Origin: a virus
Length of the DNA stretch: 64,000 nucleotides
IMG/VR virus record: IMGVR_UViG_3300020180_000017
Location: 1 to 64,000 of that record
Strand: one strand, 5' to 3'
Made by a program: the position numbers and the translations under genes. Within the stretch, counting starts at the first letter, position 1. Each line of letters starts with the position of its first letter. This document shows positions 1 through 10,200 of the stretch, piece by piece. The notes beneath the pieces were generated by a model. It saw nothing but the letters and a program-made list of their open reading frames with translations, did not search any database and was not told where the DNA came from.

Positions 1-3000
1 CTATTACCATTAATTACACCATCAAATTCTCTATACTTTTTATTAATATCTCTTAAAGTAATATATCCATCTTTTAATTTTTCATTTTTCTCTTGTAAAA
101 CACCTTTTTTTATTAATTCTTTTCTTAACTCTTCCAAAGTTTCAGATAGCATTTTTCTTTTATCGTAGAATTCTTCTGATATTTCTATTCTTGTATTTTC
201 CTCTACCCAAATATCATAGTCTTCTTTAGAAATACTTCCTAGTAATAAACTTGCTTTTTTTAATTCGTATTGATCTCTATAAAAATTTTCATTATTTAAT
301 GAAATTACACTTTTTTTATAGGGAGCCATAATATCCCTGTATTTTTGAGCTTGAATAGCCATTTTATACTCTATAGAGCTTTCTTTTTTACCACGGCTTA
401 CAGATATATCATTTACTAGTATTTGAAGCTCTTTAACCGCTTCAGTATGTATCTTTTTCAAATCCAAACTAGAGTCAGTATCTCTTTGTTGTTGAGCTTC
501 TTCTAATTTTTGATAAAGGTTACCTCTGTATTGTGATAGAGTTGTACCATCAATTATTTCTTCTAATAATTCAAAGCCTTCTTGTACTTGTTTTATATAC
601 CTATTCTGTACACTTTCTTTATAGAATTTTCTTTTATCTTCTTTTACAGATTCAAGAACATTTTTTAAATCTTTACCTTGTGAAATTAATATTTGTAATG
701 CAGTTTCTTTTTTCTTTAAAAGATTTAATTCGTATTGATATTCATCTGTATATTCATTTATTAAGCCAAGTTGCTTATGACTTACTACATCAAATTCTTT
801 TGTATCTTCATTATAAATTACACTATCAATCACAGTTAATTCATATAAGAATGGGTCATTTAATTTTTCTGTGTCAATGTTAGTTTGATTTGTTGCTTTT
901 AAATAAGCATCTCTTTTAGTTTGAGCTTGATTTAAAAATTGTTGCATATACTCTTTTGTTCTGAGTTCGTTATCTTTTATTTTTGAAGATAGTGTTTGAA
1001 CAAGAGTTGATCTGCTAATTGTATTACTTTCTACCCACAAATTTAAAAAAGACATATCTCCATTAATTTGAGCTATTAAATCTTTTACATTGTTATTTTC
1101 TTTAAGAGGTAATTTTTTTATCTTCTCTTTGAGAGAGGCTATTTTATCTTTTATAACTCTTTGATTTTTTATATTTGCTGCGGGTAAGTCATTTTCTCTA
1201 TCAAGTATTTCTTGTTCAAATCTTAATTTAGCTTCTGTAGCTGTTGATTCTAAGTCCGTATATATCATATTTTCAACTATAGACTCATAATTTCTCATGA
1301 ATATTGATTTGATGTCATTTGATATATTCCTTGGTTCAGATAATACTCTTGTAAGATTTATTTCTACTCTAGTATTTTTAAGTTTTTCATCTTTTGATAT
1401 AGCATTAGTAAGCATTGAAATATTATTATCTTCTGTAGCTTCCAAAGATAGTCTAATATTAGAAAGTAATATTAAAAAAGGTTCGTGTTCTTCAGCCATT
1501 TCTTTTAATTCATATAATACTCTTAATTTTAAACTTTCATTTGTAATTTTTTGTGCATTAACAGCTTCGGCTTTGAGTTTTTTAAATATAAATGAAATAT
1601 TAAATATTTGTTTTACAATTGATATTAAATCATTTGGGTTATCTTCTATTTTTTCTAATTCTTTTATTAAAATAGTTACACTATTTTTAATGGATGTATC
1701 TTGTAAAAACTTTTGTTTATCAAATAAAAGTTTCCTCATATTTTTTATATTCAAAAGCATTTCTGGCAATTTATCTCTAAATTCATTTGAAATGCTATCC
1801 ACTTTCATTAGTAATTCAAATTCATCAAAGATTGTAGTTTTTATGTCAGCTTCTACAACATTTCTAATAGTATATGGATTTTCTCTGTTAATAGAATTGT
1901 TTGTATTTTCAATTAGTATTTTTTTAGATTCTATTAATGCTGTGAGTTCTTGATATAACGTAGGAGTAGATTTTATTATTCCTATACTATTTAAAGCTTT
2001 TTTAATTAATAATAATAGTTTGTGGAATAAATTATTTTTTTTATTACTCTGCAACCAAGTAATAAGGTAGGGATTACTGTAGTAATCAGCTATTAATTCA
2101 CTTACATTTGCAAATGCTCTGGGTTTTCCATTAATAGTAAATCCGCCTCTTAATACGTCTTCAAATGGATTATTTTCATTTACTTTAATAATTTCTTTAA
2201 GAAGTTTTTCAAATTCAGTAATATCCGAATTTGCTAAAGCATATTCTGTTTGAGCATGACCAATTTCATGGTTTACTACAAAATTTAATACTTCGTTTTT
2301 AGATAAGCCAGATGCAGTAACTAATTCATCTACTTCATTCATGTTAATATTAATACTATTAGTATTACCATCAAAGTAGCTTTTATCTTCATTAGTGTAA
2401 TTTATAGTTACATTAGTTAAATCCTGTATACTTTTTAAATTATCTTTTGTAGCTTGAGATAAGTCGGAACTTATTTTTTGAAAAGGCATTTCTTCTTCAC
2501 TATAACCAAAATTTCCGTTACTTTTTCCCTTTATAGGTTTAACTTCACTTCTAATTAAACTTCTAGGATATTTTTTAGCTACTTCTTTTAAAGCTGCTAT
2601 TTTAGTATTTATTAATGCTTGAGAAGTGTATTCTTTAGAGTTAATTTTAATTTTACCATATACTTCACCTGTTTGATATTCATCTTCATTAATAAACATC
2701 TCTTTAGAAACATCATTATCTATTTGAGTATAGATGAATCCATTATAATTATAAGTCTCAGAATAACCAAAACTTTCAGTACCTAATTCAAATCCTTTTT
2801 TACCTTTTTTTACCGCTTCTTCGTACTCATTATTAGAGATAATTTCAAAATCTTCTTTCTTACTTAAACTACCTTCATTATATTTTACAGTTTTATTTTT
2901 AACACTATCAATACTTTCTTTTAAAGTTTCATTAGTTTGAGTTGGTTGAATTGAATTATAACTTTCTTTTTTTAATTGGTCATATCTTTCTTTAGATAAA

Positions 3001-6000
3001 CTAATTTCATCATTACTATTATCATTGTAAAAATATTCACCATTTCTTTCATATAAAAAATCTAATATTGTATCATTTATTTTTGATTTTCTTATTTCAG
3101 GCTTAACTAACTTACCATATTTTTGATCAAGTATGTTATTTACACCATCAATAATCTTTTTAGTAGAATAAGGAATATCTTCATCATATTCAAGTCTAAA
3201 ATTATTACCTGTTAGTACAATACCAAGCTCATTGTGATGGTGAGCTAAATTGTCTACTACAGCAGCTAAATTAGACTGAACAGTGTTTATGCTATTTAAA
3301 GAAGGATATTTAGTATAACTAACACCAAGTAATTCAGATTTTTTATCTTTATTTACCTTTTCAGAAGCATCCCAAACACTTCCTGAATATACATCTTGAT
3401 TAGAAGCCCAAAGAATATCCTGTGATTGTGGATTAATTTTAAATTTAATCTTACCTCCACCCCCTTCTAAGTGTTCTATTTTTCTATCAACAGGTTTAGT
3501 AATAGCTGAAATAGCAAATTTACCCCCAGCTTTTTCATTATCTTCTATATGATGTAATAGGTTTTGCATCATAAGGTTTACATCAAAATTAGAATAAGCT
3601 CCTACAATAGAAACAAATTCTTGTCCTCTACTATATATTTCTTCTGGATTATATTGAATGTTATTTACTTTCTTCCATTCTTCTATTATTTCTTTTGATT
3701 GTTCATATTCTTTATTTTTTTCTATAAAATATTTAACTGCATAAATAGAACTATTTTTACCCATATACCTATCAAAAGAACCTTCACTTTCTCTTATTTT
3801 ATAAGTAATAGTATAATTATTATCTTTAGCAAATTTTGTATATTGTTCTTTTATATATTCCCAATCTTGGGATAACATTTTACCATCTTTAATTACATTA
3901 GTTACATTTGATGTAGATATATATCTATTAATATCGTTTGGGTCTTTAAAACTTGGTTCTTCTATAAAATCTTTTTCATTTTGTTTAAAATATTTCCAAC
4001 CTCCATATATATAACTATCTACATTTTTGTAATCTTGTAATTTCAAGTTATTTAAATCAAGCTCTTTAACATCTTGAGCTAATTTACTAACATGATTACT
4101 TGCTTCTTGATAAGTTTTATGTTTAACATTATCAGGAGTTGTATATTCTACTTCATATCCTGGAAGTATAAGTTTACTATTACTATAAGCTAATAAATCA
4201 GAAAGTTGTCCTAATGTCATATTATCAGGTAACTTATCTATTTCTACTTCTTTTTGATTTAAAAGACTTCTAATAAAGGCTTTCATTTCTTTAAGTAATC
4301 TTTTAAGTAAAGATATTAACTTACCATCTTTTACATTATCAAGTTTATTAGCAGTCATTAAACCAAGTAATTCTACTAATGCTTCTTCTTGTTGTTCTTC
4401 TAATGTATACTTTGAATTTTCTTTTATGTATTCTTTAGCATCTTGTTCATTAAAAAAAGCAGTGTGTAAAACATTATTTTTATAGACTTCTTGACCTTTT
4501 TGAGTATATATATTTTCTTTATTTACATAATCTTTTTTAATCCTATCCAATACTTCTTTACCTACACCTGTTTCAAGTTCTTTAAGAAGGTTTTGATATA
4601 ATTGTGAATATTCTTTTGATTGAAAAAATGCTTTTTTATATTCTTCTTCTGTTATAATTTTACTTTCCTTTGTATAATTTCCTCCAATATCAGTTTCATC
4701 TCGATACTCCATATTATTTAAATAAAACTTACTTAAATAATCATTTTTATATTTTTCTCCTTTTTCTTTATATTTAATAGCTCTAATAATAGGATGTCCT
4801 AGTATTTCATGTATAGCAGTATCTAATGTAGCATAAGCTAAATTAATATAAGCAACACCATTTTCTATTTTACCTTTATAATTCTTAGTTTTATCAGCTT
4901 CAAATCTAATAGGCATACCTATTCTATCTGACATTGTAGCTGCTAAATCCCTGATGGTTTTTTCAGAGGCTATTATCCCTTCATTAGAATTAGTTTGATT
5001 TTTTTGATATTGAATTTTTTTACTACTTAAAGCATTAATACCAAGTTTATCTCCTACTAATCTAGTTACTTCACCTTGATATTCTGTATTTATACTTTGT
5101 ATAAAATTTGAAACTGTATTAATTTGATTTCTATTATTAATAATATTTCTTATTTTAGAAAAAGTTTCTGGAGAGTTTAAGCTATAGCTATTGGCTACAA
5201 AATCAACTTGCATTTTATTTTGTAGGTAGTTATTACTTGCTATGATTTGTGCTATTCTACTATTATTTTCTTTAACACCTATATACTTTGTTAAAATACT
5301 ATTCTTTTTTTCAATGGATTTTTCAGATTGTTCTAAGTAATTAACTTTTTCTATTTCATCTATTGCTATTTTTGCGGCTTTTAAAATGTCCTTTTTATAA
5401 TTACTTTGCAATTCCTTATCTAAATCTTCTAATGCACTTATTAATATTTTTTCACTTTTGTCAAAAATCATTGATTTTTCAGAATCTTTAGAAAATGAAT
5501 TATGAGAATAAATTAAATAATCACTTAATAAATCTTCTACATTATTAACCAAATTGTCAATTTCATTTTTATAATTGAAAAAAGTAGATTTTGTTTTTAA
5601 ACTGTTTATAAAATCTTTTGTTTGAGTTAATACATCTTTATCAGGTATTAATTGTTCAATAGCATATTGTATTTCGCTATTTAGAAAAACTTTATAGGAA
5701 GGCTCAATTTCTTTTAAATCATTAATGTTTTTATTTTGTTCTGGTGTTAGTTTATTATTTTTATTAACAAATGCTTTAAATTCTGCTATTGTTTCTGGGG
5801 AGTTTAGTATTATTATTTGTTCAGGTTCAAATGCTACAATAGAGCTGGCTAAAATTTCAGGATAACCATCTTGATCCATGTCAACAGATAATGCGCCTAC
5901 TACCCCGTCTTGTTGATTTTTTTCAATAAGTTCTTTAACTTCTATATAGTCTTTTTTAGATCCATTTCTTTTTAATCTATTAAAATAATCATTACCACCC

Positions 6001-6605
6001 TTTCTTAAAAATGAAGTTTCAGCATCTTTATTAAATTGTTTTGTTATATTAAAATCAGGTAGAATATTCCAGATTCCTTGAGTAAAACCATTATAATAAA
6101 TAGGATTTTTTATATTTAATACACTGACTGTTATTTCTTTACCTAATACTTCTTTAGTAACACCCATTTCTAATAATTGTTTTTCTTTATCTTTAGCTAT
6201 TTCTTGAATAGCGTTTAAGTTATCTGTAAAGAAAAAACCTAAAACAGTATCATTAGCAGATGTTTCACTACCTAAATATTTTTTATCAAATTTTTTAATT
6301 TTAGATTTACTAATATGAAAAACAACTTCTTTAATCTTACTATTAGGTATCTTACTTTCTATAAAAGATTTTACCTGCTCATTTGTGTAATTAGCATAAG
6401 CAGGTTCTATTGCTTTTAAATCTTCTATGTTTTTATTTTGTTCTGGACTAATAAATTCATTACTCTTTACAGTAAGGCCATCACCCTCTGTAAATAAACC
6501 AGAGAATTTAGCTTTATCATAAATATCAAGATGCACTTTAGAAAGTCTTTCTTGTTCTTCAATAGATGTATTATCATCTATGTACTGTGGTAACTTACAA
6601 GCCAT
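1..6605 (-). CDS. Giant polyvalent virion/ejected protein (>2200 aa, runs off the left edge). Contains an ART-PolyVal-like ADP-ribosyltransferase, two zincin-like metallopeptidase motifs and a possible second ART-like domain
   Basis: ATG at 6605 overlaps the upstream stop (TAATG); starts MACKLPQYID. Hand translation gives VVFHISKS..FD..GFFFTD..LNIKNP..DG..IVAFEPEQI (~5815-6330), HEILGH (4796-4811) with downstream EEALVELLG, and HEIGH (2256-2270), all in one frame that is still open at position 3. Not in the ORF track because it has no stop in the window; not every codon was checked. Confidence 0.88.
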   Translation of the reverse strand, partial: MACKLPQYIDDNTSIEEQERLSKVHLDIYDKAKFSGLFTEGDGLTVKSNEFISPEQNKNIEDLKAIEPAYANYTNEQVKSFIESKIPNSKIKEVVFHISKSKIKKFDKKYLGSETSANDTVLGFFFTDNLNAIQEIAKDKEKQLLEMGVTKEVLGKEITVSVLNIKNPIYYNGFTQGIWNILPDFNITKQFNKDAETSFLRKGGNDYFNRLKRNGSKKDYIEVKELIEKNQQDGVVGALSVDMDQDGYPEILASSIVAFEPEQIIILNSPETIAEFKAFVNKNNKLTPEQNKNINDLKEIEPSYKVFLNSEIQYAIEQLIPDKDVLTQTKDFINSLKTKSTFFNYKNEIDNLVNNVEDLLSDYLIYSHNSFSKDSEKSMIFDKSEKILISALEDLDKELQSNYKKDILKAAKIAIDEIEKVNYLEQSEKSIEKKNSILTKYIGVKENNSRIAQIIASNNYLQNKMQVDFVANSYSLNSPETFSKIRNIINNRNQINTVSNFIQSINTEYQGEVTRLVGDKLGINALSSKKIQYQKNQTNSNEGIIASEKTIRDLAATMSDRIGMPIRFEADKTKNYKGKIENGVAYINLAYATLDTAIHEILGHPIIRAIKYKEKGEKYKNDYLSKFYLNNMEYRDETDIGGNYTKESKIITEEEYKKAFFQSKEYSQLYQNLLKELETGVGKEVLDRIKKDYVNKENIYTQKGQEVYKNNVLHTAFFNEQDAKEYIKENSKYTLEEQQEEALVELLGLMTANKLDNVKDGKLISLLKRLLKEMKAFIRSLLNQKEVEIDKLPDNMTLGQLSDLLAYSNSKLILPGYEVEYTTPDNVKHKTYQEASNHVSKLAQDVKELDLNNLKLQDYKNVDSYIYGGWKYFKQNEKDFIEEPSFKDPNDINRYISTSNVTNVIKDGKMLSQDWEYIKEQYTKFAKDNNYTITYKIRESEGSFDRYMGKNSSIYAVKYFIEKNKEYEQSKEIIEEWKKVNNIQYNPEEIYSRGQEFVSIVGAYSNFDVNLMMQNLLHHIEDNEKAGGKFAISAITKPVDRKIEHLEGGGGKIKFKINPQSQDILWASNQDVYSGSVWDASEKVNKDKKSELLGVSYTKYPSLNSINTVQSNLAAVVDNLAHHHNELGIVLTGNNFRLEYDEDIPYSTKKIIDGVNNILDQKYGKLVKPEIRKSKINDTILDFLYERNGEYFYNDNSNDEISLSKERYDQLKKESYNSIQPTQTNETLKESIDSVKNKTVKYNEGSLSKKEDFEIISNNEYEEAVKKGKKGFELGTESFGYSETYNYNGFIYTQIDNDVSKEMFINEDEYQTGEVYGKIKINSKEYTSQALINTKIAALKEVAKKYPRSLIRSEVKPIKGKSNGNFGYSEEEMPFQKISSDLSQATKDNLKSIQDLTNVTINYTNEDKSYFDGNTNSININMNEVDELVTASGLSKNEVLNFVVNHEIGHAQTEYALANSDITEFEKLLKEIIKVNENNPFEDVLRGGFTINGKPRAFANVSELIADYYSNPYLITWLQSNKKNNLFHKLLLLIKKALNSIGIIKSTPTLYQELTALIESKKILIENTNNSINRENPYTIRNVVEADIKTTIFDEFELLMKVDSISNEFRDKLPEMLLNIKNMRKLLFDKQKFLQDTSIKNSVTILIKELEKIEDNPNDLISIVKQIFNISFIFKKLKAEAVNAQKITNESLKLRVLYELKEMAEEHEPFLILLSNIRLSLEATEDNNISMLTNAISKDEKLKNTRVEINLTRVLSEPRNISNDIKSIFMRNYESIVENMIYTDLESTATEAKLRFEQEILDRENDLPAANIKNQRVIKDKIASLKEKIKKLPLKENNNVKDLIAQINGDMSFLNLWVESNTISRSTLVQTLSSKIKDNELRTKEYMQQFLNQAQTKRDAYLKATNQTNIDTEKLNDPFLYELTVIDSVIYNEDTKEFDVVSHKQLGLINEYTDEYQYELNLLKKKETALQILISQGKDLKNVLESVKEDKRKFYKESVQNRYIKQVQEGFELLEEIIDGTTLSQYRGNLYQKLEEAQQQRDTDSSLDLKKIHTEAVKELQILVNDISVSRGKKESSIEYKMAIQAQKYRDIMAPYKKSVISLNNENFYRDQYELKKASLLLGSISKEDYDIWVEENTRIEISEEFYDKRKMLSETLEELRKELIKKGVLQEKNEKLKDGYITLRDINKKYREFDGVINGN
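5694..6446. repeat. Degenerate ~51-bp direct repeat (5694-5744 and 6396-6446) flanking the ART domain
   Basis: Encodes PEQNKNIEDLKAIEPAY and PEQNKNINDLKEIEPSY; spacing 702 bp (in frame). Confidence 0.85.
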
Positions 6606-7204
6606 TAACAAATTGTTTTAGGTACTTCTGTATAAAATTCTTTATAATTCTCTTCTTGTTCATATAATGCTTCATCTCCATTATAATAATCAATATCTCT
6701 TTTAATATTTTTTTGCTTGTCAAACTCTATCTCTACTAATTCTGATAAATTATTAATTATGATTTTATCTACGTCACTACTTTTATAGTTTGTAGATCTA
6801 ACTGCATTAGGCCATAATTTATTTACTACTTTAACTATTTTAGCTGCTGCTTGTTTATTATAAAACATATTTACATCTACGTATCTATATATGTCTTGTA
6901 ATATTTTTTCTTTTATTTCTATCTTATCTGTATTAAGTGGAGTTAGTTTAACTGCGTTTAACACATTAATTTCTAAAATACCCATCCTATCAAATAGTAT
7001 TTGACCTTCTCTATTATTAATATACTCCATAAAAGCATATTGTTGCATTGCTTTTTCTGCGTAGAAATACAATTTGTTATTTCTATCTTCAAATATGTTT
7101 TGTTTTATTACTTCATTTAGTATTTCTCTATGTTTATTTTCCATAGCCAGAATACTTGCTTCATCTTTTAAAGCTTCTCTTATATAATCTATTTTACAAT
7201 TCAT
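6605..7204 (-). CDS. Small hypothetical protein (~199 aa) between the giant cargo genes, with Cys only at both ends
   Basis: Track ORF 6605..7210; likelier ATG at 7204 (ATGA overlap with RNAP stop) gives MNCKID...PKTIC. Translationally coupled on both sides. Confidence 0.75.
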   Translation of the reverse strand: MNCKIDYIREALKDEASILAMENKHREILNEVIKQNIFEDRNNKLYFYAEKAMQQYAFMEYINNREGQILFDRMGILEINVLNAVKLTPLNTDKIEIKEKILQDIYRYVDVNMFYNKQAAAKIVKVVNKLWPNAVRSTNYKSSDVDKIIINNLSELVEIEFDKQKNIKRDIDYYNGDEALYEQEENYKEFYTEVPKTIC

Positions 7205-10200
7205 TGACAAGGGTTTATATCTTGTGATCCAACATTAATTCCAATTTCTTTAAAGAAATCTGTTAAAGATACAAAACTTCCTTCAGATATTTTATAAATA
7301 ATTTTATTTAAGTCAAGATTATACTTTTGAATTGATAAAATAGTACTTTTTAAAGCTTCCATACTAAAGCCAATATGTTCTGAGTTTTCATTATTAAAAT
7401 CTTTTTCTCTACCTTCTTGTTCTTCATTTGGTATTTGAATTAAGTAGTCTTTACTAGATTCTACAACTACATCTTGTAATTTTGAAATGTAGTCAATTTG
7501 TTTTTTATCACTTTTAACTTTTTTTATAACAATTACGTCATCAAGAAAAAATATTTCATCAGAACTTACTTTATCAAACGTTTTACCATTTCTAGTATAA
7601 GAAATTACAGAACCGTCTGAATCTGTAATCATATGATAAGTTTTACCATTTACGGTGTTATCAGCAATAATTTCATAATTACCATTTTCTAATAAATGTA
7701 ATTTTTTAATTAAAATTTTATGTTCATACGAAAGTCCTTTTTCATTTTCACCTACATCAAAAGAAAATATTTTACCTACTATATTATTTTCAGTATTATC
7801 CCAATAATCTATTTCAGCTTGCTTTTCAACTTGTTTTTTTAATTTAAGCTGTTTATTTTCTTCATCTACTTTTAAACTTTTTAAATAATCTTCATTAAAT
7901 TGTTCCTCAGTTATAGCATTGCTTACTTTTATTTTTTCCCAATTAACACTACCAAAAGGAGCAGCTACATAATATTTACTTCCATCTTCATTTGTATTTC
8001 TACTATATGAAATATTATCTATATAAAAACTATATGGTATTTCTTTATTGCTTTCTTGATATACAGGAATATAGTCAATATTTGTTTGTGAAGAATTTAA
8101 TAAATTATTCCAATCATATTTATTAATTAAATAATCTAATGCTGTAGCGTGAGAAGGTTCACCAAGTTCTTTGTAATATAATAAAGGTTCGCCTTTTAAT
8201 TTTCCTGATTTTAATTGACTTACTATCCAATCTCTTTGCATATCCAAATCTACGGGGTCTACATCATTTTCTCCAAAAAAGTATACACCTGTTTCGCCTG
8301 TTATTATCCAATTAATATATTTTTCAACAGATTCTTTAGTGGAATTTGTTTGTATTAAATAACGTAATTTTTTATTTGATGTAAAAGGGTTTCCGAAATG
8401 TTGAGCACTTGATCCTGGCATAAAGTTTTGAGTATCTATTCTTGTAGTAACAATTCCATCATTTGTAAAAACTTTTTTTTCTTCTTTAAGAACGCCCCAA
8501 GGAATAATTTTTATATTTTCAGATTTTGTTTTATTACCTAATTGAGAATATATTTCATTAGGACTAATTACTTCATTTAAATTATTAATTTCAAATTCTC
8601 TATTAATAAAATCTTGAGAATAAATAACTTTTTGTTCTTCTGAAAGTTTATTCTTATATCTGTATAATTCAGTTACACTTTCAAATTCTTTTAATTTATT
8701 TACTATTTCTGGATTTCTATTAATTACTTTTAATTCTGTTTTTGGTTGTGTATTAGAAACTTCATTTACTGTATTTAAAACTATAGTATTAGGAATTTTA
8801 TTATTTATAATTTTTACAATTCCATCATTTGAATCTTTCATATTATCAAACCCAAAGTCACTATCAGAATGAATATCATCTAGTATTCTATTATTTCTAA
8901 TATCGTCTATTATTTTTTTTATTTCATTTTTATTATTAATAATACTAATATTATTTTCACCAGTTACTGTTAATAATTGTTCTTCCAAAACAGATGCCCT
9001 TTTATTATTATTAATTTTAATCAATAAAAAAGGATAATTTTTACCTATTGAATTTTGTCCAAGAGAAGTGTCTCCAACAATAAAATATTTATTAGCATAC
9101 TTCCCAGAATATCCACTAGAATAGTAGCTTATATTTTTAAATAATTTATTATTTTCTTTAAATTTATATTTATTATCTCTATTAATAATTTCTTTAGGAT
9201 TAACTTCATTTAAAGAAGTTATATTTTCAGGTGTATATTCTCTTTGAGAAACTTTATTAGATGTATTTAAAACTTTATCTAATTCTTCTCTCCAATTAGG
9301 ATTTGCCATATTAATTGTAGGAATACCTTTCCTTCTAGCCATTTCTACAGCTTGTCCTGTGCCTCCTTTTGGTCTTAATGGATTGGAAGTTTCTTCAGCA
9401 TAAAATAAAACAAAATCAACAGGTGTATCTAAATTTTCTCCAAATATTTGATTAGTATTTCTAGCCATAAGTTTTTTACCCCCCGATTTTAAAGCTGAAG
9501 GATTTGGATGAATTTCTTCCATTACTTTCATTTCTCTATTACCTATTACTCCTGTTACTCCAAATAAATTCTTTTTACTTGTACCAGCAGAAAAAGCTCT
9601 ATCTGCTCCTTCTTCATCTAAACCAACTTGATTACCATGTAGTTTACTTAATTTTTCAGATTCTTTTTTTCTTTCATCATAAACCTTTTTATCATAACTT
9701 TCAGTGGCAGGAAAAGTTTTTCCTGTATTTAGTGTATATCTTCTCTCTAATTCTTTAGCAAGTTCTGTCATTTGAGAAAGAACATTTGCTGGAGTTTCTC
9801 TACTACCTATTCCTGCATATGTAAATGTAGGAATACTAGATTTAAAAGGTAATTTGTTAAATTCTGGTTTATTAATATCTATTTTTATAGGATTAACTTC
9901 ATTTAAAGAAGTTACTTCTTTTTCATTTATCACTGCTTGAGCCATTCCATTATAGTAATCTTTTAATCCTACATTATCTTGTTTTCCTCTATTAACACTA
10001 AATTGAGGGTTAAATTTATAGAATTCTAAGTAGAAATTAGTGGCTAATCCTAATTTTTTATTACTGGATAAAAGTTGGTAATTTTTAAATGCTAATTCAA
10101 ATTCTGGAATTAATATTGATAGAGGCAGTAGTGAAGTAATGTTAAATCTATTTTGTGAAAATCCTCCTTGTTTAAAAGCTAAATAAGTAAATGATTTAAT

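Noticed and set aside
1-6604. Apparent 6.6-kb non-coding or pseudogene region
   Set aside because: It is one minus-strand ORF that lacks a stop within the window; all motifs checked share one frame.
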